The notes under the pieces were generated by a model that was given only the letters and a program-made list of their open reading frames with translations, searched no databases and was not told the origin of the DNA. Positions 1 through 14,521 of a DNA stretch of 64,000 nt are shown here, one piece after another. Within the stretch, counting starts at the first letter, position 1, and each line of letters begins with the position of its first letter. Source of the DNA: Octopus vulgaris. Its lineage: Eukaryota. The stretch is from the NCBI GenBank assembly GCA_951406725.2, contig OX597817.1:56792001-56856000 (forward strand), in the 5' to 3' direction. The position numbers and the translations under genes were made by a program.

Positions 1-52
1 AACAGTGATAGACATAAACCAAAACATAAAAAACAAAAAATAAATATAATTG

Positions 53-103
<51 letters not shown>

Positions 104-261
104 AAATTTAAAATTTAAATTACTAAAATTTTAAATTTTTTAATTTATATTTTTAAATTTTTTAATTATATTTTTTAAATTTTTTAATTTTTAAATTTTT
201 TTTATATATACCTAACCAAAAAGTATAAAAAGGTTAAATATAATATAATAAGTAAAAACAC

Positions 262-352
262 TACGTACGTTTCATGGCTATAATTCAATTCGAATTACAA
301 TTAAGTTTAAATTCAATTGAAAATTCGAATTAAGATTATATTCAATCTTCAG
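262..352 (-). ncRNA. Hammerhead-like motif with a long AT-rich stem II
   Basis: Minus: CUGAAGA, an imperfect hairpin of about 70 nt, then GAAA-CGUACG-UA. Stem I is weak. Confidence 0.45.
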
Positions 353-605
353 GTTAATGATAATAGTTAAATAAATAAGCAAATAGAGTTAAACAATATT
401 TTTTAAGAAATAAATAAAATAATAATTTTTCTTATAAAAAAACTCTATTATCTAAATTAGAAACTTAAAACATCAGGATTATGTCATACAACCCATTTAT
501 TATGTTAAATATTAATTTTTAAGGTAAAAAAAAAACAGATAGAAAAATGTATTTATCTATTAAGATATAATATGGCTTTAAAAAACATCAATAAACTCAC
601 GAATA

Positions 606-759
606 TCCTTAACTCAGTTACAGTCCAATATCTAATTACCAAATTATTTAACAAAATAATCACTATTCATATTTTTAAATTTAAGTTTAAAAATATGAAT
701 AGTGATTATTTTGTTAAATAATTTGGTAATTAGATATTGGACTATAACTGAGTTAAGGA
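606..759. repeat. 154-bp near-perfect palindrome with no spacer
   Basis: tccttaactcagtta...ttaa centre at 682/683...taactgagttaagga. Two mismatched pairs. Confidence 0.9.
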
Positions 760-930
760 CAACCAGACACAAAGCACACTTCATACACACACACACACAC
801 ACGTGTGTGTGTGTATGTGTAAATATATATATATATATATATATATACGACGGGCTTGTCCAGCTGCGGTGGTATTCACACACACACACACACACACACA
901 CGCACGCACGCACACACACACACACACAAG

Positions 931-973
<43 letters not shown>

Positions 974-1701
974 GACGGGCCTCTTTTCAGTTTCCGTCTC
1001 TCAAATCCATTCACAAGGCTTTGGTCGACCCGAGGCTATAGTAAAAGATACTTGCCCAAGGTGTTACCCTGTAGGACTGAACCCGGAACCATGTGGTTGG
1101 GAAGCAAACTTCTAACTACACAGCCACGCATGAATATTTTAGAACTTGTTTGTGGAGAAGTATTTAGACTCTCCTTAGTATTCTTTTATTCGTTTCAGTC
1201 ATTTGACTGCGGCCATGCTAGAGCACCGCCTTTAGTCAAACAAATCAACCCCAGGACTTATTCATTGTAAGCCTGGTATTTATTCTATCGGCCTCTTTTG
1301 CCGAACCGCTAATTTACGGGGACATAAACACATCAGCATCGGTTGTCAAGCGATGTTGAGGGAACAAACACATACACAAACATATACATATTGGAGCTTC
1401 CAGCGCGAATGCCAAGGAATATAGCATGTCGTTTCCAAATTTCTGGATGAGTGAATTGCGACATGGTGCTGTTTTCCTCACAGACGGTGCCCAACCAACC
1501 CGACAAAATCAAAAACAAACAATGAGCATGCGTGAAATTAAAAATATGAAATTGTGATAATTTGCCCATCACATCCTGAATTCCTTTATTCTTTGTAAGC
1601 CTAGAACTTACTCTATCAGTCAATTTTGCCGAACCGCTAAGTTACGGGGACGTAAACACACCAACATCGGTTGTCAAGCGACGGTAATGGGGAAAAACAT
1701 A

Positions 1702-1797
<96 letters not shown>

Positions 1798-1873
1798 GGG
1801 TTGAGTCGGGGTTAACCACAGTAAATAAGGTACTCAATACATAGCAGAGTAAAGTAATTTATTTTATAGAAGG

Positions 1874-1924
1874 AGCTTCTACAGGACTAGAACTGTTTCA
1901 TTCAGATGAAATCTTCAGGAAGCT
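1874..1924 (-). ncRNA. Type I hammerhead ribozyme motif in a short insert (about 1795-1983) between (TA)n tracts
   Basis: Minus: AGCUUC-CUGAAGA-uUUC aucu GAAu-GAAA-CAG uucuaguc CUG-UA-GAAGCU. Canonical core and a perfect 6-bp stem I. Confidence 0.8.
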
Positions 1925-1981
1925 GGCTGTCAAAATAAGGTCTGGTATTTATACATTTAGGCAGATTTAATGGGGGGGACG

Positions 1982-2013
<32 letters not shown>

Positions 2014-2109
2014 GACGGGCTTCTTTCAGTTTCCGTCTACCAAATCCACTCACAAGACTTTGGCCGACCCGAGGCTTATAGTGGAAGACACTTACCACAC
2101 AGCCACGCA

Positions 2110-2560
2110 AGAATATTTTAGTACCTGTGTGTGGCGAAGTATTTAAAGACTCTCCTAAGTAGGCATTTTGCTTGTGCTGTTTTGTATCTGTTTCAATATT
2201 CCTTGTCTCTGCGTCTATTTATTTTCCTGTTGGGGGGTCTTTGATGTAAACGGATGTCCTAAATATGTTGTTTTTATCTAAATGTTTATGTCTAAGCTGG
2301 AGACATTATACTGCTGGCCGTGTTTTATTTGTGCTGTTTTCGTCGATGAATTTAGTACAACGTTGTTTTCAGGTCTTTCTTTAATGTCTCGACCTGTTCC
2401 GGCTTGTCCATTACGACGAGTATATCGCTCACATACTTGGTTTGTGTTGTAGGTTTATATGTTAGTACCACTTTGTTCTCTATTGTGATATTAGGGTCCA
2501 CTTTTGCTGTCGGTGTTTTATGTGTTCACAATAGAAAACAAAATCGTAAACATAAACAAT
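2110..2560 (-). mobile_element. Decayed Penelope-like reverse transcriptase fragment
   Basis: Broken minus frames give KYVSDILVV (YVDD-like), FRTSVYIK and RYKTA..KCLLRRVFK. Confidence 0.45.
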
Positions 2561-2723
2561 GTACATCAGGTCTGTGGATGATGTAGCCGTTGTAATGGGG
2601 TTTGTGATAAACGGAAGTGAAGTCAGTTCGAGGTTGGAGCTGGGGAGAAACCGAGCGCGGAGGAGAAAGAGGGAGGGGGAGAGAGAAAGAGAAATAGATA
2701 GATAGATATGTTTGAGAGAGGTT

Positions 2724-2762
<39 letters not shown>

Positions 2763-4019
2763 AAAGAAATAGGGAGAGGAAGAAGTTGATAAGATAGACA
2801 GAGTTGGAGAATAGATTTTGAAGAGAGAGGTGAAAGGGAGAAGATATTTGGGAGGGAGAGATCGAGAGATATAGATACATCAGTGGAGAGCGGTTTGAGG
2901 AAAGACAAGAGACAGGCAGAGAGAGAGAGAGAGAGAATGTGAGAGGGAGAGAAATGAATGAAGAGAATAAGAGGAGAGTAATAGATTTAGAAGAGTTGAA
3001 AGAGAGAGAGAGAGAGAGAGGGAGAGAGGGAAATGCAGAGAGAGAGAGAGAAGTGGAAAGGTCGATAGAAAGACAGACACACACATACATACATACACAC
3101 ATACATACATACATACATACATACATACATACATACATACATACATACATACATACATACATACATACATACATACATACATACATACATACATACATAC
3201 ATACATACATACATACATACATACATACATACATACATACATACATACATACATACGTAGAGAAGTCTTGAAAATTGTTATGGTAGAGGGAAGAGGATAG
3301 CAGAGAGAGACAAGAAGAGAGAGGAGGAAAATAAGTAGAGAGAGAGGTAGTAGAACAGGGGGTAGAAGTATAGAGAAAGAAGTATATATATAGAGAGAGA
3401 AGGAGAGACAGAGAAACAGAGAAGTAGACTGATAGAATAGAAGATAGTATGGGCTTATTTCAAATAGAACATGAGAGAGAGGGAGGGGTCGGGAGGGGGA
3501 ATCTCCACGATGACAATATGTATGTATGTATATATATATATACATATATATATATATTTATATATATATATATATGTATATATATATTGTCACCAAAAGA
3601 CAGGGAAGATCAGGTGACAAAATATATGGAATACGTGGGAAGGTAGCGATGAGTGAAAACAGTGACAAAAGACAGGAATGCAATGGGAGATTGCGTATGT
3701 ACGTGTGCGTGTTTGTGTTTCTGCATTGTGTTGTGTATATGTAAGGCTAGAGTTGATAATGAAGAGGTGCTGTGTGTTGCTAACACTGTCGCACAGTTAG
3801 CTTTACGACCGTCTTTAGCAAGATGGCTGCCGTTGCTGCAACAGCCTCGATGTGGTCGTTAATTAACATTCCATTGTCCTCTCATCTCAATCGTTCTCCT
3901 CTCTGCTCGCGAACAATAACCTCTCGCAGGCACAAAGGCGCAGGAGGCAGGACACGATTTTTTCACTCTATGTAAGGATTTGTGCGTATACTCACACATA
4001 TACATACGCTCATATAGAC

Positions 4020-4078
<59 letters not shown>

Positions 4079-4665
4079 GAGGCCTACAGACAGATATGTG
4101 TGTGTGTGTGTGCATTTATATATATTTGTGTGCTCGTGTGTATGTGTGTGTACATATACGTATATATATTTGTACTGTTTTGTATCTGAACATGTATGTA
4201 TATATATATACCGTAAGGAACCCCTTAATTTTGGGGGGCTTAAAATTTAGAAAAAAGGTTTTGTAAGGGATTATAATACTATTCGTGTATAAGAAAGTCC
4301 CATAATTTTTTAACCTAATTTTTGACAAAAAAGGATTTCTTATACACGTTAAAATACGATATATATATATTTAATATTCAAAGTGTATATTTTTAAATAA
4401 AATCAAGCTGGGTTTACCAGTAGATGATCCGGAACATGTAACTCTGAGTACTGGAAAGTGGAGCTCTTCTGTTTTAATGTTATTAAGGAATATTCTACAT
4501 TTGTATAAAGTCCTATTATATATCGCTTCTGGTGAATCAACAGAGATTTATATCTATCTGTCTATCTATCTATCCATATATACATATATGTTGATAGTCT
4601 ACTCTTTATGCAGAGTTTGACCATCTCCTCTACTTACGCCTTAGCGCCATCATGGCTTCTGATAT

Positions 4666-4738
<73 letters not shown>

Positions 4739-4973
4739 ATAAAAATATATATAAATATATATATATACATATATGTTTATATATGCACACGCACACACTT
4801 ACATGCATACACATTTACTAGATATATCATATATTTGCCTGTATTATACACATACGTATATTATCTATATATATGTGTGTGTGCGTGCGTGTGTGTGTGT
4901 GTGTGTATAAGTACGCATATATAAAAATGCATGCGTGTGTGTATTTACGAATGAATATAGATAGATGGATAGA

Positions 4974-5017
<44 letters not shown>

Positions 5018-5063
5018 TAGATAACTTTCTTTATTGGCCACACAGGGCTGGACACAGAGGGGA

Positions 5064-5130
<67 letters not shown>

Positions 5131-5147
5131 CATACATACATACATGC

Positions 5148-5187
<40 letters not shown>

Positions 5188-5256
5188 TTTGAACATTATA
5201 CAAATATTCCTTTAAAAAAACTTTTCTTCTAATTTTTCTAAATTTAATTATTTAAT

Positions 5257-5304
5257 CGTTACAGTTGAAAAGGTCTCAAAATGACCGAAACCGGTACTGA
5301 AATG
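5257..5304 (+). ncRNA. Hammerhead motif (U3-A8 variant), copy 1 of a 210-bp tandem
   Basis: cguuaCAG-UUGAAAA-GGUC ucaaaau GACC-GAAA-CCGG-UA-CUGaaaug. Confidence 0.72.
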
Positions 5305-5347
5305 TTCTTTATAAAATTATTTTAGCATTTTCTATTTTGACTTGTTT

Positions 5348-5397
<50 letters not shown>

Positions 5398-5466
5398 TTT
5401 GAACACTATACAAATATTCCTTTAAAAAAACTTTTCTTCTAATTTTTCTAAACTTGATTATTTAAT

Positions 5467-5514
5467 CGTTACAGTTGAAAAGGTCTCAAAATGACCGAAA
5501 CCGGTACTGAAATG
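5467..5514 (+). ncRNA. Hammerhead motif (U3-A8 variant), copy 2
   Basis: Identical motif 210 bp downstream of copy 1. Confidence 0.72.
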
Positions 5515-5557
5515 TTCACTATAAAATTATTTTAGCATTTTCTATTTTGACTTGTTT

Positions 5558-5668
<111 letters not shown>

Positions 5669-6049
5669 CACACATACAGACGTATATTTACATATGAATA
5701 TATGTTTGCATATATTCTTATGCTACATACATATAAACACACACACACACACACACAGCGGTGGTGGTGTGGTGCTGATAGCGATGGTGGTGTTGGTGAT
5801 GGTAGTGGTGGTAGTGGTGATTGTGGTGTTGGTGTTGATGGTGCTGGTGGTGCTGCTGCAGTTGGCGGCGTTGATGCTGGTGTTGCAATGGTGTCTGTAT
5901 TATTGTTGTTTTGTTTTGCTGGTTACATCGATGATGTTGATGGCGATGATGATGATGATATTTCTCTACGAAGGTACAACCGGACATACACCATAGCAGC
6001 GGTTATCTGGTCACTTCCACGGTTTTCCGACTCTCTCTCTCTCTCTCTT

Positions 6050-6109
<60 letters not shown>

Positions 6110-6235
6110 CTCTGTCCTTGTCAGACAGAGGGAGACAGAGAGATCGGAAAAGTGTATATATATATAGTAGAAATATGTTACGAAAAGAATATATATATAT
6201 ATATATATAGAAAGAGAGAGAGAGAGAGAGAGATA

Positions 6236-6266
<31 letters not shown>

Positions 6267-6476
6267 GTATGTATATATATATACACATATGTATGTATTA
6301 TATACATATACTTGTTTATACATATATATATATATGCATGTATATACATATGTAGGTATATACACGCACACAAACACATACACATATATGCATAAATCTA
6401 TGCATATTTTTATATATGACTTTATTTTATGCAAGTAAGAATCAACATTTATATTTTAATATGCATAAACATGTAA

Positions 6477-6507
<31 letters not shown>

Positions 6508-6628
6508 ATATGTATAAAAAGGTGTGTGTGTGTGTGTGTCTGCGCGCTTGTGTTTGGGTGTGTATTGGTACTGGAAATCTGTGGCTTGCCTTTCTCCATT
6601 TTTCTAGCATTCTCTTTCTCTCATATAC

Positions 6629-6757
<129 letters not shown>

Positions 6758-6826
6758 GGAGTAAACACATAAATGTGAAACAAGGTGGAAAAAAGAGTAC
6801 TCAAATACCAGTGGTAGAGTAATATG

Positions 6827-6936
6827 CTTTATTTTAAGCAGCAGAAAAATCAACAAAATCTGTTACTCTGAGTTTCTCGGCAACGAGAAACTCAGAGTAA
6901 CAGATTTTGTTGATTTTTCTGCTGCTTAAAATAAAG
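6827..6936. repeat. Perfect 53-bp inverted repeat with GCAA loop
   Basis: Arms 6827-6879 and 6884-6936. Confidence 0.92.
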
Positions 6937-7026
6937 TATATATATATATATATATATACATTAATGTTTGCACATACATACACACAAGCATACTTGTATA
7001 CATACAGAGTGAGAAACTGATAGAAT

Positions 7027-7106
<80 letters not shown>

Positions 7107-7776
7107 TGACTTTAAGTGTGTTAGCGTTGCCGAATACTACGCTTTGTGTTCTGCTTTTGTCCCATTCCCAGCAATATTATAAGACCTGTTAATTCTCTCC
7201 AGGCTTTCCTTTTATTTCTCATTTTCTTTCTCACGCCTACATCCGGTCGTTTTTTTTTTTCTTTCGGAGCTACTTCCGGTCGTTTCGTATTTTTGGAATG
7301 GTTATTGTTGTTCTGTGGCTGTTATAGAGAGAGACTTACGGTTACATTAACAGCAATATCGAGAACAACATGATGTGGTGGTTTTAGGACAATGGCACAC
7401 GTTCCGGCAAGAAGCGTGTATAATCTAGCAGGGAAAAAAAAAACCAACATTTACCATAGATTTCAAAAGAAAAGTCTCTATCCTTCTATTTTGCTTGTCG
7501 CTACGTGTGTTCGAGTGTTACGCTTTAAGCAACTTTAACTATGGAACAAAATCGAAGGGGTTCAAAACATCTGAAACAATGCAACAATGTTATGAAAATC
7601 GATCAATTTATACAAAATATATTCAGAAATCTTTTATTTTTTACTTGCTTCAGTCATTAGTCTGCGGCCATGTTGGGACACCACGTTGAAGAATTTTTAA
7701 AGGAACGAATCGATTGCTAGTACCTATTTTTTAAAACCTGGTACTAGATATATATATGTGTGTGTGTGTGAGAGAA

Positions 7777-7829
<53 letters not shown>

Positions 7830-8430
7830 ACACTATTGGGTCTGATCCACCACTGTCAAATGGCAAGATCGTGTTCGAAATAGTGAGTCACTGGAGAGGT
7901 GTGAGATCACTGGTATTGAAACATTTTTGATTAAGATACAAATGCGGTGGTCTGGTCATCTCGTAAGAATGGATGACTCAAGAGTTCCAAAGCGTCTTCT
8001 TCTTCGTTACAAGGACAAACTAAAAGACAATCTGAAGCGTTGTGACATTGCTCTGAGCTCCTGGGAGAGTGCAGCAGGGGATCGCAGCAAATGGAGGAAA
8101 ATGTGTTTTCTAAAGACTAGAGAATTTGAAAGTAACCGCCTTCGTCATAGGGACGCCTTTCGTGCAAATTTGAAAGCAACGCATCAGCAAAATCCACCAA
8201 ACAATGATTGTGTGTGTCACTGTGGGTTCAAAGCACGAAGCAAAGCTGGGTTAGCTGTCCCCTCGAGAAGACCTTTTGAACCAACGAATACGTGCAAGTG
8301 TACCATTTGCGAGAAAGTGTGCAAGACATCTGCTGGATTGAAGGTACACATGCGGTGTCACAAGGCTAAGGAATTTTTGAAGGCTATTTACTGAACTCTC
8401 ATTCATCGTCTTCGATGAGAGAATCCACCA
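7830..8430 (+). mobile_element. RTE-clade LINE 3' fragment with C2H2 zinc-finger tail
   Basis: QMRWSGHLVRMDDSRVPKRLL, RYKD.LK, WE..A.DRSKWR and CTICEKVC...GL..HMRCH. Terminal hairpin tcatcgtcttcgatga. Confidence 0.8.
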
Positions 8431-8740
8431 TATATATATATTTGAAGGTTTTGGAGATGATGTACAGGTATTTTATATTAGAAGAAATGAGGTACTCAGA
8501 AATTCGGATGGTTTTATATTTACAAATATTTATTTGTATATTACATATTTTTCATACATCATATAACTTAGATCATATATCATATATTAGCGCTTTCGTC
8601 CATTCTAGTGGAGTTTTCAAATTGAACTAAGTTCTTGTGGAAAAATTTGACCATTTTTATAGTGTTATTGAGTGTGTAGTGGTGGGGATGGATATGAGAT
8701 AGTACAAGAGGGTGATGAATGAGGAGAAAGTGAGAGAAAG

Positions 8741-8835
<95 letters not shown>

Positions 8836-9381
8836 CTGAAAATAGTGTTAAAGAAAAAGAAGGAAAGGAAGGAAAGGGAGAGAAAGAAGAAAAAATTGTT
8901 TTGATTAACCAGTGATCTAGCATACTGAAAAATCTGAAGATCCAGGAAAATTATATTACATACATATAAGAGCGATGACCACTAAGTGGACATCCATTAT
9001 GCTTACCACTAAGAAAGGATTGTTCTCAAGAAAAATTTAGTAAACGCCAGAACGTAAGCGAGCAAGTCAAATGAAAAGATACAAAATATAAAGATTAATC
9101 ACAAACCCGATTTCGTTGTTACCACTTACGTAATTACTTACGTAATTGTCCGCAACTCATCAGTGTGATCGTCATAGCACTGGTACAGTTTGGGCTACCT
9201 GGTGTCAACCGCAGGCGGGGTCTATTTCCGTTGGATCTACTTGATGAACCCTGCAGTGTTAGTTGAAATAACAATAACAACAACAACAAGAATAACAATA
9301 ATAACAACAACCATAATAATAATAATAACAACAACAACAACCATAATAATAATAATAATGATGATGATGATGATGATAATG

Positions 9382-9422
<41 letters not shown>

Positions 9423-9429
<7 letters not shown>

Positions 9430-9985
9430 GCCCTGATGCAGTACCAGGCAGTGGCTCTCATGGTTTCTGATCTTAACTGATTGGAAGTGTTATCATGTAC
9501 ATTGTTTTGTCTTGGTATAAAAGATGGGCTACAGCAAATATTCTGCTCAATACCACAGATTTGCTTGTCAGTTGTTTGACCTTAACCAGTTGAGCATGTC
9601 CCTTAGTGGCTGATGATATGTGCATCTCTGATCACGAGCAGAAGTAGTGGGGGAGCATCAGAGCCATGTGCTGAGAGGGATTCTTTGAGGTTTGAATAGT
9701 TCACCTCTGGAAACATGGGTGGTTCTTTCAACATCCTTAAACAACCCTTATTCAGGGACCTTTTGAGCGGGATGGGCTACTCAACCTGAAGAAAATTCTA
9801 ACTGGGCCCCACCTGCAAGGTCATGTGCTGTTTATCTTGATATGAGATCACCATGTCGCGCACATATGGTTGTGATGCATGTGCCTGGTGTACCCTTATC
9901 AGACAGGTAGTCATGATGGGTATATTGGGCTTCGTATATTTTACCCCAGTGTCACTTTGATGGCATGAACTGCTCTCTCACTCAA
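9423..9985 (+). mobile_element. Non-coding interspersed element of about 560 bp inserted in an (AAT)n tract; near-identical reverse copy at 61292-61820
   Basis: Direct comparison of the two copies. Both are flanked by AAT/TTA microsatellite. Confidence 0.85.
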
Positions 9986-9996
9986 TAATAATAATA

Positions 9997-10027
<31 letters not shown>

Positions 10028-10052
10028 TGTAGACAAACAGACGGACAGACAA

Positions 10053-10149
<97 letters not shown>

Positions 10150-10685
10150 CAGACAGACATTGACATATGCTCTGACTCGCTGTTCATTTATCAATCACTT
10201 TAGAATCTATTGATTAAGTTGTCTTTCATGTATCTATATAAGTATGTATATATTTACTCAATATATTAATATGTGTATATATAAACGTATGTATGTATAA
10301 GTATCTGAAAAGAAATATATGTCGTACACGCGCACATACAAACCTCACATGCACAAGGCAACTCACGTAGACACACGCGCGGGTACACTCACACACACAC
10401 ACGCACACACACGTATGTGTAATCAATAAAGTTTTGACCTGATCAGATTATCATTGAAGCTTATCATTGTTTATATCTCTATCGATATATCCATCAGTTC
10501 GACTCTGTGATCAATTGATCTGCCCGCCCCGCCCCCCTCCTCTCACCCTCACTCATAAAACGGACTCATATCTTTCACACTAATAAAGCCGAATATGTCT
10601 GTGTGTCTCTCTTGCTATGACAGTTTAATACCAGCCATTATCCGCCGCTCAGACGACGACTGGCTCTTATAGTTATCTATGTACA

Positions 10686-10742
<57 letters not shown>

Positions 10743-10769
10743 TATACATACCATATATATATGTGTGTG

Positions 10770-10827
<58 letters not shown>

Positions 10828-10830
<3 letters not shown>

Positions 10831-11233
10831 CTTGTTTCAGTCATTTGACTGCGACTATGCTGGAGTACAGCCTTTAGACCGAGCAAATCTGCTCCAGGAC
10901 TTATTCTTTTGTAAGCCTAGTACTTATTCTATCGACCGCTTTTGCCGAACCGCTACGTTACGGGGATGTAAACACACTAGCATCAGTTGTCAAGCGATGT
11001 TGGCGAGGACAAATACAGGCACACAAACACACACACACACACACAATCATACACACACACACACACACACATATATATACGACGGGCTTCTTTCAGTTTC
11101 CGTCTACCAAATACTACTGTCACAAGGCTTTGGGCGGCCCAAGGCTATAATGGAAGACACTAGCCCAAGGTGCCACGCAGTGGGACTGAACCTGGAACCA
11201 TGTGGTTGGTAAGCAAGCTACCTACCACACAGC
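10828..11233 (-). mobile_element. SINE family A, full copy
   Basis: Same consensus. Partial copies also near 974-1128, 1186-1385, 1585-1705, 2013-2106, 19578-19715, 28540-28690, 30330-30467 and 50395-50515. Confidence 0.85.
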
Positions 11234-11249
11234 GACTCCTGTTCATCAT

Positions 11250-11820
11250 CCTTTAAATCTTAAGAAGGGATTGCAGGTTTTTATAATCTCGGATATTGTG
11301 ATCGTTTGTAGTGTATAAATTAAGGATTTGCATTCTCTCACCAAAATCCCCAGTTATACCTTGCTCCAGACGGGTCGGTATGTATCCTGTTGCTCCAACA
11401 ATAATGGGTACGAAGCTGAAAGTGTGTCTTGGGCACTGGATTTGCAATTTCCTTATCAATGGTCCATAGATGTCCTTTTTCTCTGGTATGTTTCTAACCA
11501 TGTTGCTATCCAGGGAGCATCTGATTTCCTGCAACAAAACAGCTTTTCCTTGTGGCCCCACGCAACAATACATGGCCGGATGCGTTTTAACTTGGTGGCT
11601 GCTTTAATTCTAAAGTTCCATCAATATTCTTTTAACCCATCAGTCCCGATATAATCTGTTTCGTCTGTAAGTTTTTATCTCTTTTGTTTTCTTGTTCCAG
11701 ATCTTTCTGGCCACCGCATCAGACTTTATGGGAAGATAATATCTGAAAGGCATTTTCTCGCAGTTGGCAATCATCTTTGATGTCTTCAGTCTTGGTCTTG
11801 CACAGCCTATATTTGTTCTC
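11250..11820 (-). mobile_element. R4/Dong-like retrotransposon fragment (restriction-like endonuclease end)
   Basis: EKKDIYGPLIR.L......FVPIIVGATG. Frameshifted. Confidence 0.65.
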
Positions 11821-11839
11821 TATCAGCCAATGACAACGA

Positions 11840-12355
11840 ACAAACCAGAGGAGTGATGACAAGGAATAAGGAACTGCACCCTAAAAGCGATATCGATAGA
11901 TTTTATGTGCTTAACGAAGGAGAAATAGGCTTCATGGGATGCAAGATCTGTGTTGTCAGCAGATCTGGAATGGGACATCAAACAGCAAAATTAACCCTTG
12001 TTTGCTGCTGTTAGAAATAGCAACACGATACCTATCGAAAATGTGATACACCCAAAAACATAAGAAATAAGATGGAGAACGAAGATTAATCAACTGGAAA
12101 AGGAAAACAATTCATTGACAATACCTCAGAGAAATTGAATGGAAAGACAAGGCGAACAACCGGAGATGGTTAAGGAAAAGCGATCTGAAAGGATGCACTG
12201 AAGAAATGATATGCAGCGCCCAGGAACAAGCTCTGAAAACTAATTTCATGAAACTCCAAGAGCAGTGAATCTCGCCTTTGTAGAATGCGTGGCAGAAAAA
12301 AGGAACAATCTCGCATTTTTTGCGTGAGTCTAGCAGACAGGCCGAAAAGGAACAC
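11840..12355 (+). mobile_element. R4/Dong-like retrotransposon fragment (post-RT and zinc-finger region)
   Basis: LHPKSDIDRFYV and WLRKSDLKGCTEEMICSAQEQALKTNF in broken frames. Confidence 0.65.
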
Positions 12356-12860
12356 AGCATACTCAGTTCCAGAACTACGGAAATGCTATTAGAATATCGC
12401 AGGAAAGAATCGAAAGACGGATTCTTGAAGCCGAATCAAACGACAGGAGACCTACTGGATAGACCATGAATGAAATGGCTGAGAATCCAGCCAGAGCGTG
12501 TACTGATAGCGACTTCTGGTAGGACCCTATGGAGGAGATGCTTGAGAACTCTACCCCACTGACCATCACGGGAATCGTAGGTGGAGAAGATGGATGGATA
12601 GACTATACAGCATACGATATTCGTTTTGTGTATAATCAATGTTGGTTGTTTAGTCTGGATTAAATCCCGATCGGACATATTTATGATGAAAGATATTCAA
12701 GCCAAGACCGTCTCGTCTTGTCTTTATTTAAGATGGAGAAAATTCCATCAGTGTTCCTGTAAAGATTGTATGAGAGAGAGAGATTGCAGTCTTGAATTAT
12801 AATATCGGGAATTTGAGCCTATTTAAAATATTTCATAGGTTTCCAACATGATCTGTGAAT

Positions 12861-12929
<69 letters not shown>

Positions 12930-12978
12930 CAGAAGGGAAGAAAGAAAGAAGGGAAGAAAGAAAGAAAGAAAGAAAGAA

Positions 12979-13037
<59 letters not shown>

Positions 13038-13082
13038 GAAAGAAAGAAAAGAAGGATAGAAAGAAGGAAAGAAAGAAAGGAG

Positions 13083-13113
<31 letters not shown>

Positions 13114-13453
13114 AAAGGAAGGGGATTTCATTTATTTATTCAGTTAGCATCAGACCACGTGTTTTAACACAAGATATATCTTCTCAGATAGCTTTGTTTT
13201 GAATCTATATCTTAGATATAAATTCAAGACTTAGATATACATCTTGCCTTTTTTTCTTCTTTTTTTTTGTTTTAATCTATGATATCTTAATGACAAATAC
13301 TAAAATATATCTTAGCTTTTAATACATAATATCTTCACGCCGAGCCTTATACATATCTTGAATTTTAATCTACATCCTCTCAGCAAGACTTGCATATATA
13401 TTAGGTATTAATAGATGCTATCTTCACAGCAAGATTTGTATATATACATACAT

Positions 13454-13521
<68 letters not shown>

Positions 13522-14143
13522 TCAGTTTAAATCTTCTATAATGCCGCAGTATACATACATTCATACATACATACATACATACACATACATATATATATAT
13601 ATACACGCATGCACACACATACACACACGCATAATTTGGGTGGATAAATTAAATTTACAAATATATGAAATGGCTTGCTGTTACAGATGACGTAGGCGGA
13701 ATTCGAACTCTGAACCGAGATGTATTAAACTTAATACCTTAATCTATTTAATTCGATATTGTATTGTCTAGGTCATCGTTCCGACCACAATTTCCAGGAA
13801 ATATTAATTTAAAATGAAATAAAGCGTCTTACAAAATATAATATAATTCGTTAATTTCAATTTTCTTTCCAACAAATCGTTTTATATTATGTATTTATAT
13901 TTTTTGTTGTGTGTGTGTGTGTGTGTGAGTATAATTTTTATATGTATGTCAAATAATGTTGTTTTATATTTTTATTCAATATAGAAAAGATTGCTGTAAG
14001 CAAGTTCCATGTGGTGATGAGACTGTTAAGGTAACCGGAAAAGGGAGGGTTTTAGCAAGACACGGATAATATTAAACTTTTTTCCAATTATGAAGAAATA
14101 AAATATTAAATTGAAAACTAGAAAATTTTACAGACATAAATAT

Positions 14144-14211
<68 letters not shown>

Positions 14212-14476
14212 GGGGTATGTGTGTATGTATGCATGTATGTATATATCATAAATACATATATATACTTTTATTCATGCATGCATAGAAAGTTATAGTTATA
14301 TATGAATTTATGTGTGTATGTATATATGTATTCATATGTTTTATGTTCTTTCCACGCATAAATAATGTATGGTAGTTTCACAGTGGTATGAATTGCAATT
14401 AAGTAGGGAAACGTACTCAATACCGTTAGGTAGAGTGAAGTAACATTGTTTACTAAAATCTGACACACACTGATTG

Positions 14477-14521
14477 AGTCGCTGCAACTCAGGGTTTCTC
14501 GTTCCTGCTCGTCAGGCGACT
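14477..14521 (-). ncRNA. Degenerate hammerhead-like motif
   Basis: Minus: AGUCGC-CUGACGA-...-GAAA-...-GCGACU. Stem I is perfect, but stem II and the UH site are decayed. Confidence 0.45.

Noticed and set aside
1390-1580. Possible Tc1/mariner transposase N-terminus (MSQFTHPEIWKRHAIFLGIRAGSS, minus)
   Set aside because: Too short, with no TIR pair or DDD domain visible. It cannot be supported.
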